Positions 56,111 through 64,000 of a DNA stretch of 64,000 nucleotides are shown here, in pieces. Location of the stretch: assembly GCA_030603395.1 (NCBI GenBank), contig JAUVXX010000001.1, positions 29,822-93,821 on the forward strand. The letters are read 5' to 3'. The position numbers were made by a program, and so were the translations under genes. The notes beneath the pieces are model-generated. The model was not told the DNA's origin and made no database searches. It worked only from the letters and a program-made list of their open reading frames with translations. The stretch is from a bacterium. Lineage in GTDB: Bacteria; Patescibacteriota; Minisyncoccia; Minisyncoccales; CG1-02-41-26. Numbering within the stretch: position 1 is the first letter of the stretch; each line of letters opens with the position of its first letter.

Positions 56111-56857
56111 TTATTTGCTAAAAAGGTGAAGGAAATTTCTACCAAATTTCTTAAGATTCTGGATGTCTTGAGCAACATCACGTTTAAGTTCATCGGTGAT
56201 ATTAATAAGGGACTCTTTAATTTTCTCTCCCCCTTCCCAGATTTGCTCATTAATCTGTCCCACGAAACTAAGGACAATTCCCGGATTAAAAGTTTTAACT
56301 ACTTGCTCTGTACCCTTTGAAATATTTCCAGAAATTTCTTTTATAAGTTGAGAAGCTGAATTTCCGAGAACTTCTGCTCCTTGGAAGATATCTTGGGAGA
56401 TATTTTTTCCGACATCGGTTGCAAGTCCTCCAATATCGGTCGCGCCATTTTTAATATCGCTGGCAATTACTTTTGTTCTCACAGCAATAAAATTACCAAC
56501 TCCCTTGATTGCTGGCTCAAAATAAGGATAGGCAAAAAGAGTACTGATAGAAGCCAAAATAAAAACCAGGGCACAAACAATAGCAATCCGTTTGGCTCTA
56601 TACAATGATTGGTCAGAAGTAACCTCTTTTATTTTTATTTTTATTTTTTCTTTTTTTCTATCGGATAGCCGATTTTTGAAATTTTTTACTCTTTGCAGAT
56701 ACTCATCAATCCATTCTTTTTTAGTCATCCAATTTCTGGCGACTTTTAGTGCCCGCAATTTTCCCTGTCTTGCTCGCAAGCTTAAATACTCCTGGGAATA
56801 ACCAGAATATTTTGCTGCTTCATTCAAGGAAATATAATTTGATGTATCCTTTACCAT
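56111..56857 (-). CDS. Membrane protein with an N-terminal HTH_17-like domain followed by a TM segment
   Basis: The N-terminus, ISLNEAAKYSGYSQEYLSLRARQGKLRALKVARNWMTKKEWIDEY, matches the giant protein's N-terminal domains. It is followed by the TM segment IAIVCALVFILASISTLFAY. Confidence 0.5.
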   Translation of the reverse strand: MVKDTSNYISLNEAAKYSGYSQEYLSLRARQGKLRALKVARNWMTKKEWIDEYLQRVKNFKNRLSDRKKEKIKIKIKEVTSDQSLYRAKRIAIVCALVFILASISTLFAYPYFEPAIKGVGNFIAVRTKVIASDIKNGATDIGGLATDVGKNISQDIFQGAEVLGNSASQLIKEISGNISKGTEQVVKTFNPGIVLSFVGQINEQIWEGGEKIKESLINITDELKRDVAQDIQNLKKFGRNFLHLFSK

Positions 56858-57008
56858 TATCTAATTATCGGCTATCCAGCATATCTGTCAAGAGCAGACC
56901 TGTGAAAAAAGATGAACAAATCGCTTCTTAATTAGTTTAGGTCTTGACAGGTTTGTTTGGCAAAGTTAAAATTAAATAAAGGTTACAAAACATTAATAAA
57001 TGTAAAGA

Positions 57009-57227
57009 TTGATGAATACATCAAAAAAATATTTTACCATCAAGGAGGTAGCTAAAATTTTAGGAGTTACCCCTTTGACTCTAAGAAATTGGGATAAAAA
57101 GGGGGAATTGAAAGCCTATCGAAATCCTATAAATAATTACCGACTTTACAAACCAGAAGAAATTGAGCTTTTTTTACGCAAAATCGAATCTAGAAAAGAG
57201 CCAGGAGGAAAGATCTTTTTAGGCTAA
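57009..57227 (+). CDS. Small MerR/excisionase-type HTH DNA-binding protein
   Basis: The motif FTIKEVAKILGVTPLTLRNWDKKGELKAYRNP is HTH_17/MerR-like. Confidence 0.6.
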   Translation: MMNTSKKYFTIKEVAKILGVTPLTLRNWDKKGELKAYRNPINNYRLYKPEEIELFLRKIESRKEPGGKIFLG

Positions 57228-57233
57228 AAAAAT

Positions 57234-57611
57234 GTGAATATGAATTCAAAAGAGTTGGGAAAGTTTGGTGAAAAAATTGCTGAAAAAGAGCTTAAAAAGA
57301 AAGGGTACAAAATTTTGGCTCAAAATTTTAAAAGAAAATGGGGAGAACTTGACCTGGTGACTAAAAAGAAAGGGAATATTATTTTCTTTGAAGTAAAAAC
57401 AATCTCGGCAAGAGAAGGGTTTTTACCAGAAGATGAAATTGATTGGAAAAAGAAAAAGCAGTTAAGAAAAATGGCCCAGATTTATCTATCAGAGAATAAA
57501 ATTCCCTTTGAAAGCTCTTGGCAGATTGACATAATAGCCATTGAAATTTCTCCGGATTTCAAAAAAGCAAAAGTTAAACATTTCAAAAACGCTATTGAGG
57601 ATAATTATTGA
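57234..57611 (+). CDS. yraN: YraN-family (UPF0102) predicted endonuclease
   Basis: It has GEKIAEKELKKKGYKILAQNFKRKWGELDLV...IIFFEVKT...QIDIIAIE, which is the family signature. A perfect terminator hairpin lies at 57612..57639. Confidence 0.7.
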   Translation: MNMNSKELGKFGEKIAEKELKKKGYKILAQNFKRKWGELDLVTKKKGNIIFFEVKTISAREGFLPEDEIDWKKKKQLRKMAQIYLSENKIPFESSWQIDIIAIEISPDFKKAKVKHFKNAIEDNY

Positions 57612-57639
57612 CCCTTCACCTTTAGCTAAAGGTGAAGGG
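57612..57639 (+). terminator. Rho-independent terminator after yraN
   Basis: It is the inverted repeat cccttcaccttta..taaaggtgaaggg, followed by a T-rich tract. Confidence 0.6.
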
Positions 57640-57876
57640 TTGACATATTTTCCCTTTTTGTTAAACTTATAAAAGTTAAAGGTCGTTGCGAAACGGCTTT
57701 TAATTTTATAACATATCCTATATCCCCTCCAAGGAGTCCCAGAGATAGGAGAGGGGTCGGGAGAACCGCAGGTTCTCCCGTGTAGGAAAAGATTAAAAAC
57801 CGAGGGTTTTTAAAGAGCGGTGTTAGCGCCCCGCCACAGCGGGGGCGCGTGCCGCGACTAACTCTCTAGTACCATT

Positions 57877-59094
57877 ATGGATCTCAAAATATTTACATCG
57901 GCCGTTATGGAAATAGCTGAAGAGCGTGGGGTGCCTCAAGAAAAAGTCATTGAGGTGATTAAGGCTGCCTTGGCCTCGGCTTACAAGAAAGAGTACGGCA
58001 AAAAGAAACAGAAATTTGAAGCTGAGCTTGATGCTAAAACAGGCAAGGTCAAATTTTGGCAAGTTAGACAGGTGATAGACAAGAATATGATTTTAGCTGA
58101 AGACGAGGAAGCTGCCGAAGGCGAAGAGAAAGTTCGCTTCAATCCCGAACGCCATATCATGATAGAAGATGCCAAAAAGATTGACAAGAAGATAAAAAAG
58201 GGAGAGGAATTAAGAATTCCGGTGAAAACCAAAGAGGACTTTGGCCGGATTGCCGCCCAAACAGCCAAACAGGTTATTTTGCAAAAAATCAAAGAGGTTG
58301 AAAGGGAAGAGATTTTAAAAGAATACAAAGAGAAGGAAGGAGAAATCGTTTCGGGAATCTGCCAAAGAGTTGAGCAAAGTGTGGTCTTTTTTGACATTGG
58401 CAAAGCTTCGGGCATTTTACAGAGGTCGGAGCAAATTCCCGGAGAGTTTTACAAGCCGGGTCAACGATTAAAACTTTACGTTTTAAAAATTGAAGAGACC
58501 CCTAAGGGACCGGTGATTTTTCTTTCAAGGGCTTATCCCAAGTTGGTCTCAAAACTTTTTGAACTGGAGGTGCCAGAAATTTCTTCGGGCCAGGTAGAGA
58601 TTAAATCAATTGCCAGAGAACCAGGCTCTCGCAGCAAAATCGCGGTGGCGACCCTTGAGGAAGGTATCGACCCGATTGGCTCCATGGTGGGACAAAAGGG
58701 AACCAGAATTTGGGCGGTTATCAATGAGCTGGCTGGAGAAAAAATTGACGTTATTGAATGGTCAGAGGAATCAGAAAGATACATCGCCAACGCCCTCTCC
58801 CCAGCCAAAGTTTTGGAGATTAGAATTCTGCCAAAAAACAAAGCTCAAGCCATTGTTCCCAACGACCAACTCTCTTTAGCTATTGGCAGAGAAGGACAAA
58901 ATGTCAGATTGGCTGCCAAGTTAACTGGCTGGAAAATAGATGTCAGGAGCTTGGACCAGGTAGAGGGAGAAAGGAAGGAGGAAGCCAAAGAAGAAGAAAA
59001 AGAAGAAAAGAAACCCGCCTCCGCCGAGGCTACGGCGGGCAAGAAAGAAAAGAAGACAAAAAAGAAAACTAAAGCTAAAACTACTAAAACTTAA
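57877..59094 (+). CDS. nusA: Transcription termination/antitermination factor NusA
   Basis: It has the NusA N-terminal domain, an S1 domain and two KH domains, plus a Lys-rich C-terminal tail. Confidence 0.9.
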   Translation: MDLKIFTSAVMEIAEERGVPQEKVIEVIKAALASAYKKEYGKKKQKFEAELDAKTGKVKFWQVRQVIDKNMILAEDEEAAEGEEKVRFNPERHIMIEDAKKIDKKIKKGEELRIPVKTKEDFGRIAAQTAKQVILQKIKEVEREEILKEYKEKEGEIVSGICQRVEQSVVFFDIGKASGILQRSEQIPGEFYKPGQRLKLYVLKIEETPKGPVIFLSRAYPKLVSKLFELEVPEISSGQVEIKSIAREPGSRSKIAVATLEEGIDPIGSMVGQKGTRIWAVINELAGEKIDVIEWSEESERYIANALSPAKVLEIRILPKNKAQAIVPNDQLSLAIGREGQNVRLAAKLTGWKIDVRSLDQVEGERKEEAKEEEKEEKKPASAEATAGKKEKKTKKKTKAKTTKT

Positions 59095-60641
59095 TGGTTT
59101 CAAAAATTCTTTCGGCTGCTCTAAAAGGTCTCGCGACCCAGCTAATTGAGGTTGAGGTTGCCTGCTCCAAAGGATTGAGGTCTTTTAACGTTGTCGGGTT
59201 GGGAGACAAAGCGATTGGGGAAGCCAAAGAAAGAGTGGGGGCTGCCATCAAAACTATCAATCTCTCCCCACCCCATCATGAAGCTCGCAAGGTTCTGGTT
59301 AATCTTGCTCCAGCTGACTTGAAAAAAGAGGGGAGCTTGTATGACCTTCCCATTGCCTTAGGCTTTCTTTTGGCTTCAGAACAAACAAAATTTAATCCAG
59401 ACCAGAAACTTATTTTAGGAGAATTAGCTCTGGATGGAACTTTAAAACCAATTAAGGGAGCGCTCTCTTTCGCTCTCTTGGCCCGAGCAAAAGGATTTGA
59501 AGAGCTCATTTTACCCAAAGAGAACGCTAAAGAAGCAGCTTTGGTTAATCTTCTAAAAAGTCAGAGGGAGCTTAGTGTTATCGGAGTAGAAAATTTAAAA
59601 GAAGTTCTCGGTTATTTGGAAAAAAGAAAAGAAGTTCCTGAAGCTGAAATAAATTTTGCTGATTTAGAGAACCCGGAGGAAAATTTTGAAATTGAATTTG
59701 GCTGGATAAAGGGCCAGGAGCATAGTAAAAGAGGCATGGAAATTGCGGCGGCTGGAGCCCACCATGTCCTTTTGGAGGGGCCGCCCGGAGCCGGCAAAAC
59801 TTTGTTGGCTAAGGCCGCCATTTCCATCTTCCCTAAGCTGGATTTTGAAGAAATACTGGAATTAACCAAAATCTACAGCACCTGCGGGCTTTTGCCAGAG
59901 GACAAACCTTTTTTAACTCAAAGACCCTTTCGGGTCCCTCACCATACTTCATCAGAAGTTGCTCTGATTGGCGGTGGTTCCCCGCCCCTGCCAGGAGAGA
60001 TCACCTTGTCCCATCGAGGTGTTTTATTTTTGGACGAATTCCCCGAGTTTCACCGCGACGTTTTGGAAAGCTTGCGGCAACCCATTGAAGAAGGAAAAAT
60101 TACCATCCAGCGAGCCAAGCACTTCTCAGTCTTCCCGGCCAACTTCACCTTAATTGCCGCTGCCAATCCCTGTCCTTGCGGCTATCGCAATGACCCAGAA
60201 AAAGAATGCACCTGCACCTCCTCCCAAATCGCCTCCTATCGCAGAAAGTTATCCGGGCCCCTGATGGACAGAATTGACATATTCAGTTGGGTGCCTTCTC
60301 TAAAATACGCAGAGCTTATTTCGCCGGACCAAGAAAATTTAAGTGCCCAAACCAGAAGCAAAATTGAAAGGACCAGGGAGATTCAAAAAGAAAGATTTAA
60401 AGATGACAGAAATTTGACTAATTCAGAAATGATTATCCCTCAAATAAAAAAATACTGCCAGATTCGCAGTAGTTCTCAAAATATTTTAAGAAAATACGTT
60501 GATTCGGGGAAACTTTCGGCTCGCGGCTTTCATCGGGTTTTAAAGGTAGCCAGAACCATAGCTGATTTGGAAGGGAGAGACAATATTTCTTTTCAAGACG
60601 TTAATGAAGCTCTAAGCTATCGGCTGAGAGAAGAACAATAA
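59094..60641 (+). CDS. comM: YifB/ComM-family Mg-chelatase-like AAA ATPase
   Basis: It has an N-terminal Lon-like domain (VVGLGDKAIGEAKERV), Walker A (GPPGAGKT), and the ChlI-type motifs VLFLDEFPEF and AAANPCPCG. Confidence 0.85.
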   Translation: MVSKILSAALKGLATQLIEVEVACSKGLRSFNVVGLGDKAIGEAKERVGAAIKTINLSPPHHEARKVLVNLAPADLKKEGSLYDLPIALGFLLASEQTKFNPDQKLILGELALDGTLKPIKGALSFALLARAKGFEELILPKENAKEAALVNLLKSQRELSVIGVENLKEVLGYLEKRKEVPEAEINFADLENPEENFEIEFGWIKGQEHSKRGMEIAAAGAHHVLLEGPPGAGKTLLAKAAISIFPKLDFEEILELTKIYSTCGLLPEDKPFLTQRPFRVPHHTSSEVALIGGGSPPLPGEITLSHRGVLFLDEFPEFHRDVLESLRQPIEEGKITIQRAKHFSVFPANFTLIAAANPCPCGYRNDPEKECTCTSSQIASYRRKLSGPLMDRIDIFSWVPSLKYAELISPDQENLSAQTRSKIERTREIQKERFKDDRNLTNSEMIIPQIKKYCQIRSSSQNILRKYVDSGKLSARGFHRVLKVARTIADLEGRDNISFQDVNEALSYRLREEQ

Positions 60642-60642
60642 A

Positions 60643-61677
60643 CTATTTAGTCCATTTCAAATAACTTCCTACTGGGTATTTGCTTAAAAAGTTTCTTGCT
60701 CCTCTGACCTCAAAGTGAAGATGGCATCCTGTAACTCCTAGGGTGTAGCCAGTATTCCCGATCCTACCAATAATATTACCGGTAGTTACTTTCTGGTTGG
60801 GTTGAACCAAAATTTGAGAAAGATGTCCATAATAAGTGACTACCCCATTGAGGTGTAAAATAGTCACACTATTGCCCCCTACCCAAATTGGGCCTGCTCT
60901 CTGTACGATGCCTCCAGCCGCGGCTACCACCGGACTTCCGCAGTCGTTGCCGATGTCAACGGCACTGTCAAATGGTCCATGAGGCCCTTGAGTTATTTTT
61001 CCTTCACAGGGAAAAATGAAATAGGATTCAGCCAAGGGAATCTCAGCAAGCTGGGGAAGAATTCTAGGCATTTGGCCTCCAGGGATAATTAAGAGGTCAC
61101 CAATAAAAATATCGCCCTGGTTCGCGAGAGCGTTAAAGCTGACAACCTCGTCTGCTTCCGCTCCGTAAATTTGAGCGACTCCACTTAAGGCATCTCCTTC
61201 TTTAACTACGTGTAATATCCCAGAAACCGGCAGAATAATCAATTTCTGCCCGGGGCTAATCATGGAGTTTAGAGACAAGTCATTGGCCCAAAGGAGGGTT
61301 TCCAGGGAAATGTCAAATCGAGAAGCAATAGTAGAGAGAAAATCTCCCTCCTTCACCAGGTATTCTTCAATCTCTTTTTTGGGTTCAAATCCTCCCAAAA
61401 CTCCCAAAACTCTTCCCTGAACCAAGAAAGGGGGAGCTGAGGGCGCTAACAAAGAACTTTCAATGATGTTCAAATCAAAAATTCTCAAAGCCAAACCCTG
61501 TTCAGCTGAAAGATATTGAGTTCCATCAGCTATATCTCCCCTCAAAGAGAAATCCACCTTCTTTTCAAAGTAAGCTGTCCCGGTAAAACAAAGGAAAATA
61601 ATTACCAAAAGTCCTGCTATCCCTAAATAGAAAAGGGGAGATTTAGAAAACTTTATCATACTGGAAACGTAATCCAA
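60643..61677 (-). CDS. LysM-domain M23-family metallopeptidase
   Basis: It has a LysM motif (GDFLSTIASRFDISLETLLWAN) and an M23 motif (HLHFEVR) with a Gly-rich core. Confidence 0.8.
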   Translation of the reverse strand: MDYVSSMIKFSKSPLFYLGIAGLLVIIFLCFTGTAYFEKKVDFSLRGDIADGTQYLSAEQGLALRIFDLNIIESSLLAPSAPPFLVQGRVLGVLGGFEPKKEIEEYLVKEGDFLSTIASRFDISLETLLWANDLSLNSMISPGQKLIILPVSGILHVVKEGDALSGVAQIYGAEADEVVSFNALANQGDIFIGDLLIIPGGQMPRILPQLAEIPLAESYFIFPCEGKITQGPHGPFDSAVDIGNDCGSPVVAAAGGIVQRAGPIWVGGNSVTILHLNGVVTYYGHLSQILVQPNQKVTTGNIIGRIGNTGYTLGVTGCHLHFEVRGARNFLSKYPVGSYLKWTK

Positions 61678-61775
61678 AACGACCTAAGAGTCAAGTCTTT
61701 TATCCACATCCCCACACCTAATTTAGGTGTGGGGACACATCCCCTTTTTATCGCCCTTTTGTGATAAAATAAGAT

Positions 61776-62621
61776 ATGGACTTTGATTTGGTTTCAAAGA
61801 GGGTTGTTAAAAATTTACTCCGCCGCAAAGCCATCCGACCATCCAAGAGAATGGGTCAGCATTTTCTGGTACAGAAGACAGTTCTCCGTAAGATTATTGA
61901 AAGTTCTGAGTTGGAAACAAATGATATCGTCTTGGAAATAGGGGCGGGCCTGGGAACTTTAACGAGAGAACTGGCTCAAAGAGTTAAAAAAGTTGTGGCT
62001 GTTGAGAAAGACCCCAGGTTGGTAGAAATACTAAGAGAGACTTTGAGAGGCTTTAAAAACGTAGAAATTATCCAAGAAGATATCTTGAAGATTCATGATT
62101 CAAGATTCATGATTTATGAATCATATAAGATGGTCAGTAATCTTCCTTATAGTATCGCCACTGAGGTTATTAGGAAATTCATTGAATCCACAAACCCACC
62201 AAAGTTAATGGTGGTGATGGTTCAAAAAGAAGTGGGCAAGAGAATTTGTTCAAAGCCCCCCAAGATGGAAAGATTGGCAGTTTTGGTCGGAGCTTTGGCC
62301 CACGTCAAAATTTTAGATACTGTTAAAAAAAGTTCTTTTTGGCCCCAGCCCAAGGTAAATTCTGTAATTCTTCGAATTACACCGCTGATTTACGCTGATG
62401 AAAAGCTGATTACCGCTGATAAAGATCTGTTTAGAAGAATAGTTAAGGCTGGGTTTTCTCACCCCAGAAAACAATTAGCCAAAAATCTCTCTGAGGGTCT
62501 AAATCTTCCTCGTCAAAAAGTTAAAGATTGGCTTTTGGAAAACAATATTCAACCCACCCAGCGAGCCGAAAATTTAAGTTTGGGAGATTGGACTAACTTG
62601 ACCAAATCATTTAACGTTTGA
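61776..62621 (+). CDS. rsmA: 16S rRNA adenine dimethyltransferase
   Basis: It has GQHFLV, the SAM motif VLEIGAGLGTLTREL, and a KsgA-type NLPY motif. Confidence 0.9.
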   Translation: MDFDLVSKRVVKNLLRRKAIRPSKRMGQHFLVQKTVLRKIIESSELETNDIVLEIGAGLGTLTRELAQRVKKVVAVEKDPRLVEILRETLRGFKNVEIIQEDILKIHDSRFMIYESYKMVSNLPYSIATEVIRKFIESTNPPKLMVVMVQKEVGKRICSKPPKMERLAVLVGALAHVKILDTVKKSSFWPQPKVNSVILRITPLIYADEKLITADKDLFRRIVKAGFSHPRKQLAKNLSEGLNLPRQKVKDWLLENNIQPTQRAENLSLGDWTNLTKSFNV

Positions 62622-62658
62622 CATTTGGATTTTGGATTTTGTTTGATATAATAATTTA

Positions 62659-64000
62659 ATGGCGAAACTATTCAAAAAAAACTTTTTCAAAATAACAATC
62701 ACTCTTGTCTTACTTTCTGTTGTCTTAGGAACGCTTTTGCCAATCCATCAAAGTTATGCCCAAACCCTTACTCCCTGGATTCCAATTAAGGCACTCGGTT
62801 CTTCAGCCGTCAAAGTAGCTCAAGCTATCTTAGGTTCTTTCCTTTGGCTCATTGTTTTTTTAGCTGAAGGGGTCTTGGCCATTGGTATTGCTCTTTTAAG
62901 CGGGGTCATTGGTTTTACTTTGAAAGGAGCTGTTTCTCTTACCAACCCGGCTAAAAATGAAATCATCAACATTGGCTGGACTTTAATCCGTGACTTTGTC
63001 AATATTGGCTTTATTTTGGGCTTGGTTTATATTGGTTTGGCGACCGCCTTGAGAATAGCTGGCTTTGAGCTGAAAAAAGTATTCCCCTGGTTTTTGATTA
63101 TGGCTCTTTTGATTAACTTCACCCCGGTTATCTGTGGAGTGGTGGTTGATGCGGCTAATATGGTCACTAAATTCTTCCTGGAAGCCATGGCTAACTGGAC
63201 CCTTCTTGGTGAAGTATTTAAACTTCATATGACTGGAATAGGAGATCTTTTTGGCGGTTTAGGTTGGGTTCCGGTGGCTAAATTTGCTTTCTTAATCGCC
63301 TTTGGCTTTGCGGCTGGCTTCGTGCTCCTTATTTTTGCTGTTTTACTTTTGCTCAGGGCTGTCGTTATTCCCATTCTGGTCATCTTTTCCCCCTTGGCGT
63401 TTCTGGCTTATATTTTTCCAAGGACCAGAAGCTATTTCACCCAATGGTGGAACCAACTTTTGCAATGGTCTTTTATCGGGGCCATCGGTGGATTCTTCCT
63501 TTATTTAAGTCGGCTGGCTCTTCGCCAACAAGCTGATTTTAGTTTCGCCATCCCCACAGAAGATCCTGCCCTGGGCACCTTTATGGAACAGATAGCCCCT
63601 TATTTTATGGCTGTTGCTTTTCTTATGGTGGGACTTTTCATTACTCTCAAAAGCAGCGCCATGGGCGCCAATATGGTAACAGGCTTTGCTAAAAAGCAAG
63701 GCATGAAAGCTCTGAAATGGGGAGGCAAGGCAATGGGAGGAGCTGGAGCAGCCACGGTCGGAGCAGTCAGAGGAGCGACAGCAGGAGAAGGTGTAAAAGG
63801 AAGGGCCTGGGAGGCTTTCAAAGGAGCAGTTACTCCAGGGGGTCGAGAAAAAGGAAGAGAAGTGGTAGAAGGGTTCCTTGAAAAAGCCCATCTGGTCAGA
63901 CCGGGATTTTACGAAAAAAGAAGAAGAGAACGCTGGAAATTAGGTGATTTAGTAAAAAGTTTCGAAAAACTTCCCATACCCAGACTCAATGAAATTATGA
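62659..64000 (+). CDS. Polytopic integral membrane protein, truncated at the window end (possibly VirB6/TrbL-like)
   Basis: I translated this frame by hand: MAKLFKKNFFKITITLVLLSVVLGTLLPIHQSYAQ... It then has more than six hydrophobic helices and a Gly/Ala-rich charged tail, with no stop to position 64000. The minus-strand ORFs listed in the track for this region are shadows of it. Confidence 0.55.
   Translation, partial: MAKLFKKNFFKITITLVLLSVVLGTLLPIHQSYAQTLTPWIPIKALGSSAVKVAQAILGSFLWLIVFLAEGVLAIGIALLSGVIGFTLKGAVSLTNPAKNEIINIGWTLIRDFVNIGFILGLVYIGLATALRIAGFELKKVFPWFLIMALLINFTPVICGVVVDAANMVTKFFLEAMANWTLLGEVFKLHMTGIGDLFGGLGWVPVAKFAFLIAFGFAAGFVLLIFAVLLLLRAVVIPILVIFSPLAFLAYIFPRTRSYFTQWWNQLLQWSFIGAIGGFFLYLSRLALRQQADFSFAIPTEDPALGTFMEQIAPYFMAVAFLMVGLFITLKSSAMGANMVTGFAKKQGMKALKWGGKAMGGAGAATVGAVRGATAGEGVKGRAWEAFKGAVTPGGREKGREVVEGFLEKAHLVRPGFYEKRRRERWKLGDLVKSFEKLPIPRLNEIM

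Noticed and set aside
62820-63891. Minus-strand ORFs 62820..63002, 62983..63228 and 63505..63891, and the plus-strand ORF 63302..63508
   Set aside because: They lie inside, or in other frames of, the long plus-strand membrane-protein ORF that starts at 62659.

Overview
This 64 kb window is AT-rich and densely packed with genes. It looks like a small-genome, possibly uncultivated (CPR/Patescibacteria-like) bacterium; that lineage call is an inference from composition and gene content only. The window falls into three blocks.

(1) Positions 1 to about 20,400: a very large radical SAM (rSAM) maturation cluster. It has at least 12 rSAM genes, each with a CxxxCxxC motif. Five or six are tandem small paralogs. 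Five carry SPASM-type C-terminal Cys clusters (several others carry a shorter CxxCx5C motif). One is HemN-like. Inside the cluster are two paralogous proteins with a conserved N-terminal leader followed by long tandem His-Xaa-Ser triplet repeats (about 60 and about 30 units). This matches the sequence signature of the comparative-genomics-defined His-Xaa-Ser (Hxs) system, whose chemistry is unknown. The cluster also contains a Cys-pair repeat membrane protein and duplicated unknown families, and it sits directly downstream of tig-clpP on the same strand. I consider this the most likely novel system in the window.

(2) Positions 20.4 to 35.8 kb: housekeeping genes. These are clpP, tig, a membrane H+-pyrophosphatase, a DksA/TraR-type zinc-finger protein, pnp, an NYN-domain gene inserted between rpsO and pnp, tRNA-Lys, tRNA-Arg, tRNA-Pro, a probable tRNA-Ala, cca, and a MacAB-like ABC efflux set with its membrane fusion protein.

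(3) Positions 35.9 to 56.9 kb: a cell-surface island. It holds three paralogous signal-peptide/C-terminal-TM proteins with cohesin-like N-domains, a dockerin-containing protein, and a WxL/DUF916-like (Csc-like) trio. It ends in an 11.8 kb gene (3,944 aa) that has two N-terminal HTH-like domains, an internal TM hairpin, and internal near-identical tandem repeats. Each gene in the island is preceded by arrays of GAGACAR heptad repeats.

The right end carries HTH-domain proteins, yraN, nusA, a ComM/YifB ATPase, a LysM-M23 peptidase, rsmA, and a polytopic membrane protein that runs off the window. I recognised no rRNA, CRISPR array, transposase or integrase.
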